Shown here piece after piece: positions 54,000 to 62,495 of a stretch of DNA of 64,000 nucleotides. This stretch comes from Acidobacteriota bacterium. Lineage in GTDB: Bacteria > Acidobacteriota > Thermoanaerobaculia > Multivoradales > Multivoraceae. Location: contig JBCCLJ010000004.1 of NCBI GenBank assembly GCA_039026915.1, positions 1,650-65,649 of the forward strand, read 5' to 3'. The notes under the pieces are model-generated. The model saw only the letters and a program-made list of their open reading frames with translations, had not been told where the DNA came from and did not search any database. Every line of letters starts with the position of its first letter. Positions within the stretch are counted from its first letter, which is position 1. The position numbers were made by a program, and so were the translations under genes.

Positions 54000-56900
54000 T
54001 CATCCGGCGGCGTGGCTGTAGCCCTTGAAATCGACCCGATAGAGCAGGGTGTAGAGCACCGGCACGACGAGCAGTGTCAGCAGGGTACTGACGACGAGCC
54101 CGAACATGATCGCCACGGCCATCGGTTCGAACATCGGGCCGCCGCCGAGGTAGAGCGGGATCATGCCGCCGAGCGTCGTCAGCGTGGTCAGCAGGATCGG
54201 GCGCATGCGGCGCTGGCACGCCTCGACGATCGCGGCCTGGGGCGAGCGCCCGAAGTCGTTCTGTTCGATCTCGATGCGATCGAGCAGCACGATCGCGTTG
54301 TTGATGACGATGCCGGCGAGTGAGATGACGCCGAGCATCGTCATGAACCCGAAGTAAGAACGCATCACGAGCAGGCCGACGGCGACGCCGATGAACGCGA
54401 GCGGCACGGTGGTGAGGATGATCGCCGGCTTGCGCAGCGAGTTGAACTGGAAGACCAGGAGGAAGACGATCAGAGCGCCGGCGATCGGCAGCTTGGCGGC
54501 GATCGAAGCGTTGGCCTTGGCCGAGTCTTCGTCTTCACCGCCGAGTGACCAGGTGGCGTCGCCGTTCCAGCCTTCGCTCTGCTCCTCGAGCCAGGGCGTT
54601 AGCTGCGCGTTGATCTCGGTGGCCGTGAGGCCCGGCTGCAGGTCGGCGAGCACGGAGATCGTGCGCAGACGGTCGCGCCGCAGAATCTTGGCCGGCTGGA
54701 AGACGAGCTCGACGTCAGTGACCTGGTCGGCGGGGACGGAGCGACCCGAAGACTGCGAGAACACGTTGAGGCTGCCGAACTCGGTGTCACTGACCGCCTG
54801 GCGCGAGCGCAGCATGACCGGGATCTGGTCTTCGCCTTCCCGGTACGTGGTGGCCTCGATGCCGCTGAACGTGCCCTGCAGCGAAGCGGCGATGTCCTGG
54901 TGCGTGACGCCCGCACGCTGTGCGTTGGCGTCGTTTACGTTGATCAGCAGTTTCTTCGAGCGCGGCCCCCAGTCATCGCGCACGTTCTGCGTCCCGTTGA
55001 GCGCACGCACGCCCGCCTTCACCTGCTCGGCAATCACGCCGACGCGCGCGGGGTCGCGACCGGCGATGCGCACCTCGATCGGTGTACCTCCTCCGGGGCC
55101 CGTGCCGATCGGCTCGATCGTCGCGTCGAGGCCCGGGATGTCATTGCAGTACTGCTGCAGTTTCTGAATCAGCTCCTGCTGGCGTGTCCAGTCGTTCGTG
55201 TTGGCGACGAGCACGCCGTACTCCGGCGAGACCTGGGAGCCGGTGAAGCCGAGCACGAACATCGGAGCGCTGTCGCCGATGAAGCTGGTGAAGTCCAGCA
55301 CTCCCGGCTCGTCGCTTCCTTCCTGGGTCATGAGCTCCGTGGCGATGTACTGCTCGATGTCCGAGATCACCGCTTCGGTCGAAGTGAGCGGCGTGCCCGT
55401 GGGCATGTTGAAGGTCGCGGTGAAGGTGGCACGGTCGTTGTCCGGGAAGAAGATCACCGGTACGAGAGCGAAGAGCTGCAGCGACCCGAAGAAGGCGAGT
55501 CCCACGACGACCATCGAGAGGACCGGTCGCTTCGTGGCGGCCACCAGGACGGAGCGATAGGTCGCGTAGACGCCGCCGCCGAAGCTCTCTTCGCCGCCCT
55601 CCGATTTCTTGACGCGCAGGAAGGTGACACAAAGGAGCGGGATCAACGTCAGCGCCAGCGCCCAGGAAGACAGCAGCGTGATCGTCACGACCTTGAAGAG
55701 AGAAGCGGTGTACTCGCCGACGGCGGACTCGGCGAGGTAGATCGGCAGGAAGGCTGCCGCGGTGGTGAGCGACGAGACGAGGAGCGACATGCGTAGCTCC
55801 TTCGACGATCCAACGGCCGCGTCGATCGCCGATTTGCCTTCCTGCATCTGGACGAGAATGCTCTCGGACATGACGATGGCGTTGTCGACGAGCAGACCGA
55901 GCGCGATGATCAGCGCGGCCAGCGACATCTGATCGATGCCGACGCCGAACCAGGGCATCGCCAGCAGCGCCAGCAGAATCGCCGTCGGAATGAGCGAGGC
56001 CACGACCAGGCCGGTGCGCAGGCCCAGGCTGATCAGCATGACGACCATGACGATGGTCACGGCCTGGATCAGGTTGCTGGCGAAGTCGCTGACCTTCTTG
56101 TCGACGATCGTCGCCTGATCGAGCACGACGTCGAGGTCGACGCCGATGGGAAGATCCTGCTCGAGGCGGTCGACCGTCTCCTGCACCTTCGGTCCGAGCT
56201 CGAGGATGTTGCCGCCGCCGCGCAGCGAGACGGCCAGCGCGAGAGCGCGCTCGCCGTTGACGTGTGTGCGGACCTGCGGTGGGTCCTCGTAGTCGCGACG
56301 GATCGAAGCGATCTCACGCAGGGGCACGAGAGCGCCGTCGGGAAGCGGGATGAGCGTGCTGGCGACGTCCTCGACCGACTCGAAGTTGCCCGAAGGCTCG
56401 ATCACCAGCGTTTCGAAGGTGTCGCGGATCGTACCGCCCGGGTTGATGATGTTGCGACTGCCCAGGATCGAGCTGAGGATGCCGGTCGACAGTCCGAGCT
56501 CGGCGAGCCGCGAGTTGTTGTACTCGACGAAGATCTGCTCTTCCTGCGCGCCGTAGATTTCGACCTTGGCGGCGTCTGGGATGAGCAGCAGCTCGTCACG
56601 GACGCGGTCGGCGAGGTCTTTCTGCTCGGCGTAGGAGTAGCCTTCGGCGCGCAGCGTGATCACCGTTCCGAAGACGTCGCCGAACTCGTCGTCGACGGTG
56701 GGGCCGCGGATGCCTTCCGGAAGCTCGGGTTCGGTGCGCTCGACCTTGCGCCGCAGTCGATCCCAAATCGGTTGCAGCTCGGTGTAGCTCTCGAGCACGT
56801 TGACGTTGATCAGCGAGATGCCGGTCTTCGACGTGCTGGTGATCGACTCGAGCTCCGGCATCTCCTGGATCGCCTTTTCGAGCTTGTCGGTGACGAGGAG

Positions 56901-57080
56901 CTCGACGCGCTCTGGGCTGGCTCCCGGAAACTGCGTCATGACGACCGCCGTGCGGATCAGGAAGCCGGGATCCTCGGCCTTCGGCATGCCCAGGTAGGAC
57001 ATCATGCCGCCGCAGGCGAGCGCCAGAACCAGGACCAGCGTGACCCGGTTCTTTTCGATGGCGTAGCGCGTGATGTCCAT
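54000..57080 (-). CDS. RND efflux transporter permease (AcrB/HAE family)
   Basis: 1026 aa. N-terminus MDITRYAIEKNRVTLVLVLALACGGMMSYLGMPKAEDPGF. 12-TM, two-porter-domain layout. Confidence 0.95.
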   Translation of the reverse strand: MDITRYAIEKNRVTLVLVLALACGGMMSYLGMPKAEDPGFLIRTAVVMTQFPGASPERVELLVTDKLEKAIQEMPELESITSTSKTGISLINVNVLESYTELQPIWDRLRRKVERTEPELPEGIRGPTVDDEFGDVFGTVITLRAEGYSYAEQKDLADRVRDELLLIPDAAKVEIYGAQEEQIFVEYNNSRLAELGLSTGILSSILGSRNIINPGGTIRDTFETLVIEPSGNFESVEDVASTLIPLPDGALVPLREIASIRRDYEDPPQVRTHVNGERALALAVSLRGGGNILELGPKVQETVDRLEQDLPIGVDLDVVLDQATIVDKKVSDFASNLIQAVTIVMVVMLISLGLRTGLVVASLIPTAILLALLAMPWFGVGIDQMSLAALIIALGLLVDNAIVMSESILVQMQEGKSAIDAAVGSSKELRMSLLVSSLTTAAAFLPIYLAESAVGEYTASLFKVVTITLLSSWALALTLIPLLCVTFLRVKKSEGGEESFGGGVYATYRSVLVAATKRPVLSMVVVGLAFFGSLQLFALVPVIFFPDNDRATFTATFNMPTGTPLTSTEAVISDIEQYIATELMTQEGSDEPGVLDFTSFIGDSAPMFVLGFTGSQVSPEYGVLVANTNDWTRQQELIQKLQQYCNDIPGLDATIEPIGTGPGGGTPIEVRIAGRDPARVGVIAEQVKAGVRALNGTQNVRDDWGPRSKKLLINVNDANAQRAGVTHQDIAASLQGTFSGIEATTYREGEDQIPVMLRSRQAVSDTEFGSLNVFSQSSGRSVPADQVTDVELVFQPAKILRRDRLRTISVLADLQPGLTATEINAQLTPWLEEQSEGWNGDATWSLGGEDEDSAKANASIAAKLPIAGALIVFLLVFQFNSLRKPAIILTTVPLAFIGVAVGLLVMRSYFGFMTMLGVISLAGIVINNAIVLLDRIEIEQNDFGRSPQAAIVEACQRRMRPILLTTLTTLGGMIPLYLGGGPMFEPMAVAIMFGLVVSTLLTLLVVPVLYTLLYRVDFKGYSHAAG

Positions 57081-58169
57081 TCAGCCCGCCGCGCCGGCTC
57101 GGACGACCATGCCGTCCGTCAGTCTTCGAACGCCGGCCGTCACGACCTTCTCACCGGCTGCGAGTCCGCTCGTCACCAGAATGCCGTCGGCGATCGGCGT
57201 GCCGACCTCGACGCTGCGACGTTTGACGACCGCGCTCTCTCCCTGGTCTTCGATGGTGAACACGTAGCGTCCGTCGTCATCTTCGCCGATGGCCACGAGC
57301 GGCACGACGACGCCGTCGCCGCCGCTGGCGATCTGGACGAAAACCTCTGCGGCCATCCCGGAGCGCACGGCCTCGGGCACCTCCTCGAGCCGAACCACGG
57401 CGGGGAAGGTCGTCGAACCAGGGGTCGCGGCGACGCCGACCTCGGTGATCTCGCCAGCGAGACGCTGCCCGCCGACCGCTTCGATCGTCACGGCGACCGG
57501 ATCGCCGACGTTCAGGAACGGGATGTTCACCTCGGAGACGGCGAGCACGACCTCGGGGCGCACGCCCGAAGCAAGCACGACGACGGTCTGGCCGGCTTGA
57601 ATCGTCTCGTTCTCTTCGATCTCGACGCTGACGATGGCGCCAGAGGCGGGAGCTTTCAGCGCGGCGTAGCCGAGCTGACGGCGAGCCTGCTCGAGAGCAC
57701 GCCCCGCCGCTTCGACCTGGGCGTCCGCCGACTCGGAGGCCGCGCGTGCCGCGTCGAGGTCGCTCTTCGAGGCATTGTTGTCCTCGTAGAGGCCGCGGAA
57801 GCGGTCGAAGTCGGCCCGCGCCTGGCGGTCGAGCGCCTGGACCTGGGCGAGAGAAGCGGCTGCCTGGCCGGCGCTGATCTCGAGGTCCGCCGTGTCGAGA
57901 GTCGCGATCGTCTGGCCGCGGCTGACGCTCTGGCCGACCTTGATGGCGAGTCGCTCGACCGTGCCGGAGACGCGAAAGGAGAGCTTCGATTCGGCGCTGG
58001 CCTGGGTCACCCCGGCGATCGCGGTCTGCTGTGAATCGGCGGCCGCCACGGCGATCGCCGTGCGCACCGGTCGGGGCGGCGGTGGAGCCGTCTTGGTCTC
58101 GACGCTCTGGCAGGCGATGCTGCAGCCGAGAAGCGCAGCGAGGAAGAGTGAGGTGTGTTGCTTCGACAA
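57081..58169 (-). CDS. RND efflux periplasmic adaptor (membrane fusion protein), lipoprotein
   Basis: Lipobox LLGCSIAC. Coiled-coil hairpin ADLEISAGQAAASLAQVQALDRQARADFDRFRGLYE. Beta-barrel and lipoyl motifs. Its stop abuts the RND start. Confidence 0.9.
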   Translation of the reverse strand: MSKQHTSLFLAALLGCSIACQSVETKTAPPPPRPVRTAIAVAAADSQQTAIAGVTQASAESKLSFRVSGTVERLAIKVGQSVSRGQTIATLDTADLEISAGQAAASLAQVQALDRQARADFDRFRGLYEDNNASKSDLDAARAASESADAQVEAAGRALEQARRQLGYAALKAPASGAIVSVEIEENETIQAGQTVVVLASGVRPEVVLAVSEVNIPFLNVGDPVAVTIEAVGGQRLAGEITEVGVAATPGSTTFPAVVRLEEVPEAVRSGMAAEVFVQIASGGDGVVVPLVAIGEDDDGRYVFTIEDQGESAVVKRRSVEVGTPIADGILVTSGLAAGEKVVTAGVRRLTDGMVVRAGAAG

Positions 58170-58188
58170 GGGGGTCTCCTCGAGGCGG

Positions 58189-60627
58189 CTATTCGGTCAC
58201 CCAACGTTCGACTCCGCGCTCGGCGAAGAAGGCGTCGAGTCGGTCGAACCACTCGGCGCGGGCGGTTTCGTCGACGAAGAAGTCGAACTGATTGATGGAT
58301 CGCTGCACGTTCATCAGACTGACGAAGAAGTCGTAGACGGCGTCGGTCGCCGCCGTTTCGGCTTGCAGAGAGGCGTTCTGGGCGTCGAGCAGAGAGAGGA
58401 TATTGACGGCGCCTCGTGCATACGCCTCCTGCACGAGCTCGCGGCTCTGGCGCGCGGCGTCGAAGGCCTCCCCTGCGAACGTGACGTTCGCGAAGGACGC
58501 ACGCGCCGCGAGCATGGAGTTGCGGACCGCCTGCTCGACGAATTCAGCGGTTGCTTCTCGCGATCTTTCGAGTCGGTCGAGCTCGGCCAGCGCCTCGGCG
58601 ACGCGGGCGTTGCGGGCTCCGCCTTCGAAGAGCGACAGCGTGGCACTGACTCCGACCGACCAGGTGGAATCGTCGTTCGGTGAGGGCAGCTCGCTCCCGG
58701 CTCCCGATTCGTCGAGTCGGTCCGAGATCTGGGCCTGAGCCCCGACGTCCGGCAGCCAGTAAGCGCGGCGGGCGATCGTCAGCGCGCGACTCTGAGCGTC
58801 GATCGCGCGGTCGAGCTCGGCCAGCTCTGGCGCCCTTTCGAGGGCCTGAGTGACGGCGAACTCGCGCACCGTCTCGAACTGACGCGGCGTTTCGATGTAG
58901 CTCCTGAAACGGCCCTGCTCCGGAAGCAGCGTCGCGTTGTCGAGGCTCAGGTCCTCGAGCACCCAGGTCGACTCCTCGGGCATGTGCATCAAGCGGTTGA
59001 GCTCGATCTGGGCGGTGCGCACGTCGGCGTCGGTTCCGATGAGCCTCTGCTTCGCGTTCGCGACCTCGCTCTCCCAGCGCAGGATCTCGCTGCTCGAGGC
59101 GACGCCGACTTCGCGACGGGCCTCGGCGAGCTCGAGGTTGGCCCGCGTGATGCTGAGGTTGTCGCGCTGGACGGTGAGCAGGTTCTGCGCTCGCAGGAGG
59201 TTGATGTAAGCGTTGGCGGTGTCGAGAGCCGTGTCGAGCCGGGCCCTTTCGAAGGCCGCCTCGCGTCCCTCCTGGACGAAGCGCTCGATGGCCAGAGCCC
59301 CGAAGGCTTCGTTGGAGTAGAGAATCTGCGACAGGCTCACGCTGCCATCGACCGTCTGCTGGGGCTGATTGCCGAAGCTGTTCGCGGCGGTCTCGCTGTC
59401 GACCACGGCGCCGCTCAAGGAGGCGCTCGCCTGCGGGCCGAGGCGCGCGCGTGCGCTACGCACGACGGCCACACCCGCCTCGACGCCGGCGCCCTCGGCG
59501 ACGAGGTTGCGATTGGCGGCGACGGCCCTCTGCACGGCACCGGTGAGGTCGAGCTGCGAGATCGTCGGATCGTCGGTGTTGATCATCTCGGCCTCGAGCA
59601 GCATCTCGAAGCGCGGCGAGGCGTCGATGAGACGCATCGTCTCGGCGTTGATGATCAGCTGTTCGGGCTGCGTGAAGGTGACCGGGATTTCGGCGGGTTC
59701 CTCGCCGAGCAGAATGCGGTGAATGACGAGCGCGATTCTCCGGCCGAGCCGCTGGAGGAGCTCGTCGGAAGCGATGGTCGCGAGGGCTCCGGCCTCCATC
59801 TGATCTCGGCCGATGGCGCTGAAGGTCGGAAGCTTGCGTTCATTCAGTCCGACCAGCAGCTCGCGAAGCTCGCCCGGATCCATGACCAGAGGCCATAGAT
59901 AGACCGCATCGACGTCTTCGGGCAGCTGTTCCAGGACACTCTCTGCCGTTCGGTCGGCAGCAAAGAAGCGAAGCTCGACGCCGTCCTGACGCTGATTGGT
60001 CTGCGCTACGGAGCCGGCCGCCGTCGAGAGGAACTCGCGGTTGGAGACGAGGGCCAGTTTCTCGAACGGGGCGATGTTGCCAAAGACCTTGAGCTCGCGG
60101 TCGAGGCCGTCGGCGAGCGCCACGTAGACCAGGTTGGGCACGCCGCTGCCGCGCCCCGCGCGCGGCAGATTCTGAAACTCGGCATCGGCCGCGAGGGCCG
60201 CCACGACCGGCTTCTCGTAGCCGGTGGTGCGCGAGGTGGCGAGCTGCGAGCCGGCGAGCCCGGGGGCCAGGACGAGATCGACCTGAGGGTCGTCGAGCAA
60301 CTCGTCGAAGCCCTCGTAGAGCGTCGGCAGGTTCCATTCGGCATTCAGCGAACGCGCGAACTCGACGGAGAACTCAGTGTCCGTGAGCAGCGCCAGCTCC
60401 TGGCGAATCAGCTGCAGGAACTCGTCGACCAGAGGCCAGTCGCCGTCGAGGAGCACGCCGATACGGAGGTCGGTCTCCTCCTGCTGGGCCTCCACGGCTC
60501 GCGCGGTCAGCGCGCCGGTCGCCAGGAGGATCGCGACGACGATCGAGAAAGCGGATGCCAGGCGGGCAGGCGTGCGAAGGCCGAACAGCCCCGGCGGGCG
60601 CCAGGGCGCGGAGAGTCTTGAGTTCAT
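58189..60627 (-). CDS. TolC-like outer-membrane efflux factor with N-terminal periplasmic-binding-protein (COG2984 / ABC_sub_bind-like) domain
   Basis: Internal ATG 60627 of ORF 58189..60804. Signal/anchor ASAFSIVVAILLATGALTARA. N-terminal domain: RIGVLLDGDW...VDLVLAPG...KPVV...GVPNLVYV...DAVYLWP...KLPTFSAIGRDQMEAGALATIASDELLQRLGRRIALVIHRILLGEEPAEIPV. The C-terminal ~450 aa are TolC repeats. Confidence 0.85.
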   Translation of the reverse strand: MNSRLSAPWRPPGLFGLRTPARLASAFSIVVAILLATGALTARAVEAQQEETDLRIGVLLDGDWPLVDEFLQLIRQELALLTDTEFSVEFARSLNAEWNLPTLYEGFDELLDDPQVDLVLAPGLAGSQLATSRTTGYEKPVVAALAADAEFQNLPRAGRGSGVPNLVYVALADGLDRELKVFGNIAPFEKLALVSNREFLSTAAGSVAQTNQRQDGVELRFFAADRTAESVLEQLPEDVDAVYLWPLVMDPGELRELLVGLNERKLPTFSAIGRDQMEAGALATIASDELLQRLGRRIALVIHRILLGEEPAEIPVTFTQPEQLIINAETMRLIDASPRFEMLLEAEMINTDDPTISQLDLTGAVQRAVAANRNLVAEGAGVEAGVAVVRSARARLGPQASASLSGAVVDSETAANSFGNQPQQTVDGSVSLSQILYSNEAFGALAIERFVQEGREAAFERARLDTALDTANAYINLLRAQNLLTVQRDNLSITRANLELAEARREVGVASSSEILRWESEVANAKQRLIGTDADVRTAQIELNRLMHMPEESTWVLEDLSLDNATLLPEQGRFRSYIETPRQFETVREFAVTQALERAPELAELDRAIDAQSRALTIARRAYWLPDVGAQAQISDRLDESGAGSELPSPNDDSTWSVGVSATLSLFEGGARNARVAEALAELDRLERSREATAEFVEQAVRNSMLAARASFANVTFAGEAFDAARQSRELVQEAYARGAVNILSLLDAQNASLQAETAATDAVYDFFVSLMNVQRSINQFDFFVDETARAEWFDRLDAFFAERGVERWVTE

Positions 60628-60813
60628 TGAGCGAAAACTATCAGGGCACGTCGTGCTGACGAGTTCCAATTTGCCGGCCGTTCGAAGGAAGAAGTGCGGC
60701 CTGGCGAAGCAGAGCTCGATCGCGCTGAGCTCGGGGTTCCCTTCCGCGGATTCGTCGAGCTCACAGCGGCTGCAAGGCAAGTCCTTTTCGACGGATCGAC
60801 TCACGGCAGTGCT

Positions 60814-62259
60814 CTAGTGAATGTCCTTCCCCGTCAGCATCGACTCGACTTCGTCGCTGCGCTTGGCGATCGCGAGCACCGAGCTGCGAATCTCGGCGGG
60901 ATCGCAGGTCGCGCTCGGATAGTTGTTGCGCATCACGAAGTAGGGACGGCCCGTGAACTCCTGAATCGCCAGGGCGCCGTGGTACACCTCGCCGTTGATC
61001 TGTAGCGCGCGCAGCAGATAGCCGTCGTCGACGGGGCCGCAGGGGCTCCAGATCCGCACCAGGCGCTCGTTGTCGAACGTGCTGCGGGTCTCGGCGACGT
61101 ACACCGTCTGGCGCCGACCTCCCGGAAGCGCGATTTCGATTTCGAAGCCGTCGGGAACCGCTCTCGGCTGAACCTCGAGATCTTCGAAGGCCTCCATGAT
61201 CAGGGACTCGAGGTCCCGGAGGCTGCCGAGAAGCACCTGCAGGTCGCCGGCGAGCGCGCCGCTGTCGGTGTAGCGCTCGTCGGGGTCCTTGGCGAGGCAG
61301 CGGTCGAGAATGCGCTGAATGCGTCTCGAGTGAGTCGGCGTCTCGATTTCGATGCGCGGCGGCTCCTCGTTGCGGTGCATCAGGACGAGCTCGCTGAAGG
61401 TGCGTGCACGGAAGGGATAGGACCCGGTCAGCAGGTAGTGGAAGGTGATGCCCGCGGCGTACACATCCGAACGCTGGGTCGCGCTGGCTCCCGAGAAGAG
61501 CTCGGGCGCCATGAAGTAGGGCGTGCCGGCCAGGTCGATCCCCGCTTCCTCACGGGCCTGCGCGACGACCCGCTTGGCCAAGCCGAAGTCGGCGAGCTTG
61601 GCGACGTCGGCGTCGTTCACCAGGACGTTCGACGGTTTGAGATCGCGGTGCACGATGTCGCGATGATGAGCCGCCGCAAGCCCGGAGGCCAGCATGTGCA
61701 TCAGCTTCGTGGCACGGAAAGTCGACTGCGGGCCTGCTTGCCAGGCGCGATGCAAGGGGGCTCCGTCGACCCACTCCATCTCGATCATCCAGTAGCCGTC
61801 GAGCTCGATGATGTTGTGCACGGTGACGACGTTCGGATGCACGAGCGCCGCAGCGGCGCGCGCCTCCTGGACGAAGAGTCGCGCGTAGGTAGGACGCTTG
61901 CTGACGAGCTGCGGGTTCAGCACCTTGATGGCCGACGTGCGGCCCAGCCCCGAGTGGTGCGCTCGGTAGACGCGGCCCATGCCGCCCTGCCCGAGGAGCG
62001 CCTTCATCTCGTAGGGCCCGAACGACTGGCCGACGAGCTCGTCTTTGGCCCAGGGAGCGTTGGGGCGGGTCGTCTCGGTGAGAGTGCGCGTGGCGAGCAG
62101 GTCGACGTCGTCCACCGCGACCAGGGTGCCGCCGCAGTCGGGGCAGACGCGCAGGTCCGCCGCACGGCGCTCGTTGCAGCCGTAGCAGAGCATCGCGGTC
62201 GAGCTGCCTTCGGGCTCCGTCTCGGAGTCCCGGGCGGTCGGGCTTTCGGGAATCGGCAT
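60814..62259 (-). CDS. Ser/Thr protein kinase with N-terminal zinc ribbon and C-terminal YbjN-like domain
   Basis: CYGCNERRAADLRVCPDCG. Intact kinase motifs GQGGMGRVY, AIKVL, HRDLKPSNVLV, DFGLAK and GTPYFMAPE. C-terminus FEIEIALPGGRRQTVYV...VRIWSPCG...LLRALQINGEVYHGALAI...SDEVESMLTGKD resembles YbjN / T3SS-chaperone-like domains. Confidence 0.9.
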   Translation of the reverse strand: MPIPESPTARDSETEPEGSSTAMLCYGCNERRAADLRVCPDCGGTLVAVDDVDLLATRTLTETTRPNAPWAKDELVGQSFGPYEMKALLGQGGMGRVYRAHHSGLGRTSAIKVLNPQLVSKRPTYARLFVQEARAAAALVHPNVVTVHNIIELDGYWMIEMEWVDGAPLHRAWQAGPQSTFRATKLMHMLASGLAAAHHRDIVHRDLKPSNVLVNDADVAKLADFGLAKRVVAQAREEAGIDLAGTPYFMAPELFSGASATQRSDVYAAGITFHYLLTGSYPFRARTFSELVLMHRNEEPPRIEIETPTHSRRIQRILDRCLAKDPDERYTDSGALAGDLQVLLGSLRDLESLIMEAFEDLEVQPRAVPDGFEIEIALPGGRRQTVYVAETRSTFDNERLVRIWSPCGPVDDGYLLRALQINGEVYHGALAIQEFTGRPYFVMRNNYPSATCDPAEIRSSVLAIAKRSDEVESMLTGKDIH

Positions 62260-62458
62260 CGGGCAAAGGTCCTTCGGAGCTGCTTGCAGCGTATCCGAAG
62301 CGATGCCGGTCGCGGGTGCTGGGCGCCCGGTCGGAGAGGTGCGGAAAGAGGAAGCGAAGGCCCTCGAGGGTACCTGCCGCCGTCGCCGGGTGATCGGTTC
62401 CCGGCGAGCCCGCGGGCCGATTCGAGCTGCGGACGGTCCCTGCTTCGGTCCCTGTTGC

Positions 62459-62485
62459 CCTTCCCGGGGGCGTCCCCCGGGAAGG
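62459..62485 (-). terminator. 12-bp perfect GC hairpin just downstream of the IPTL-CTERM gene
   Basis: CCTTCCCGGGGG-cgt-CCCCCGGGAAGG, 10 nt from stop 62496. No U-tract. Confidence 0.5.
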
Positions 62486-62495
62486 CCGGAAGAGC

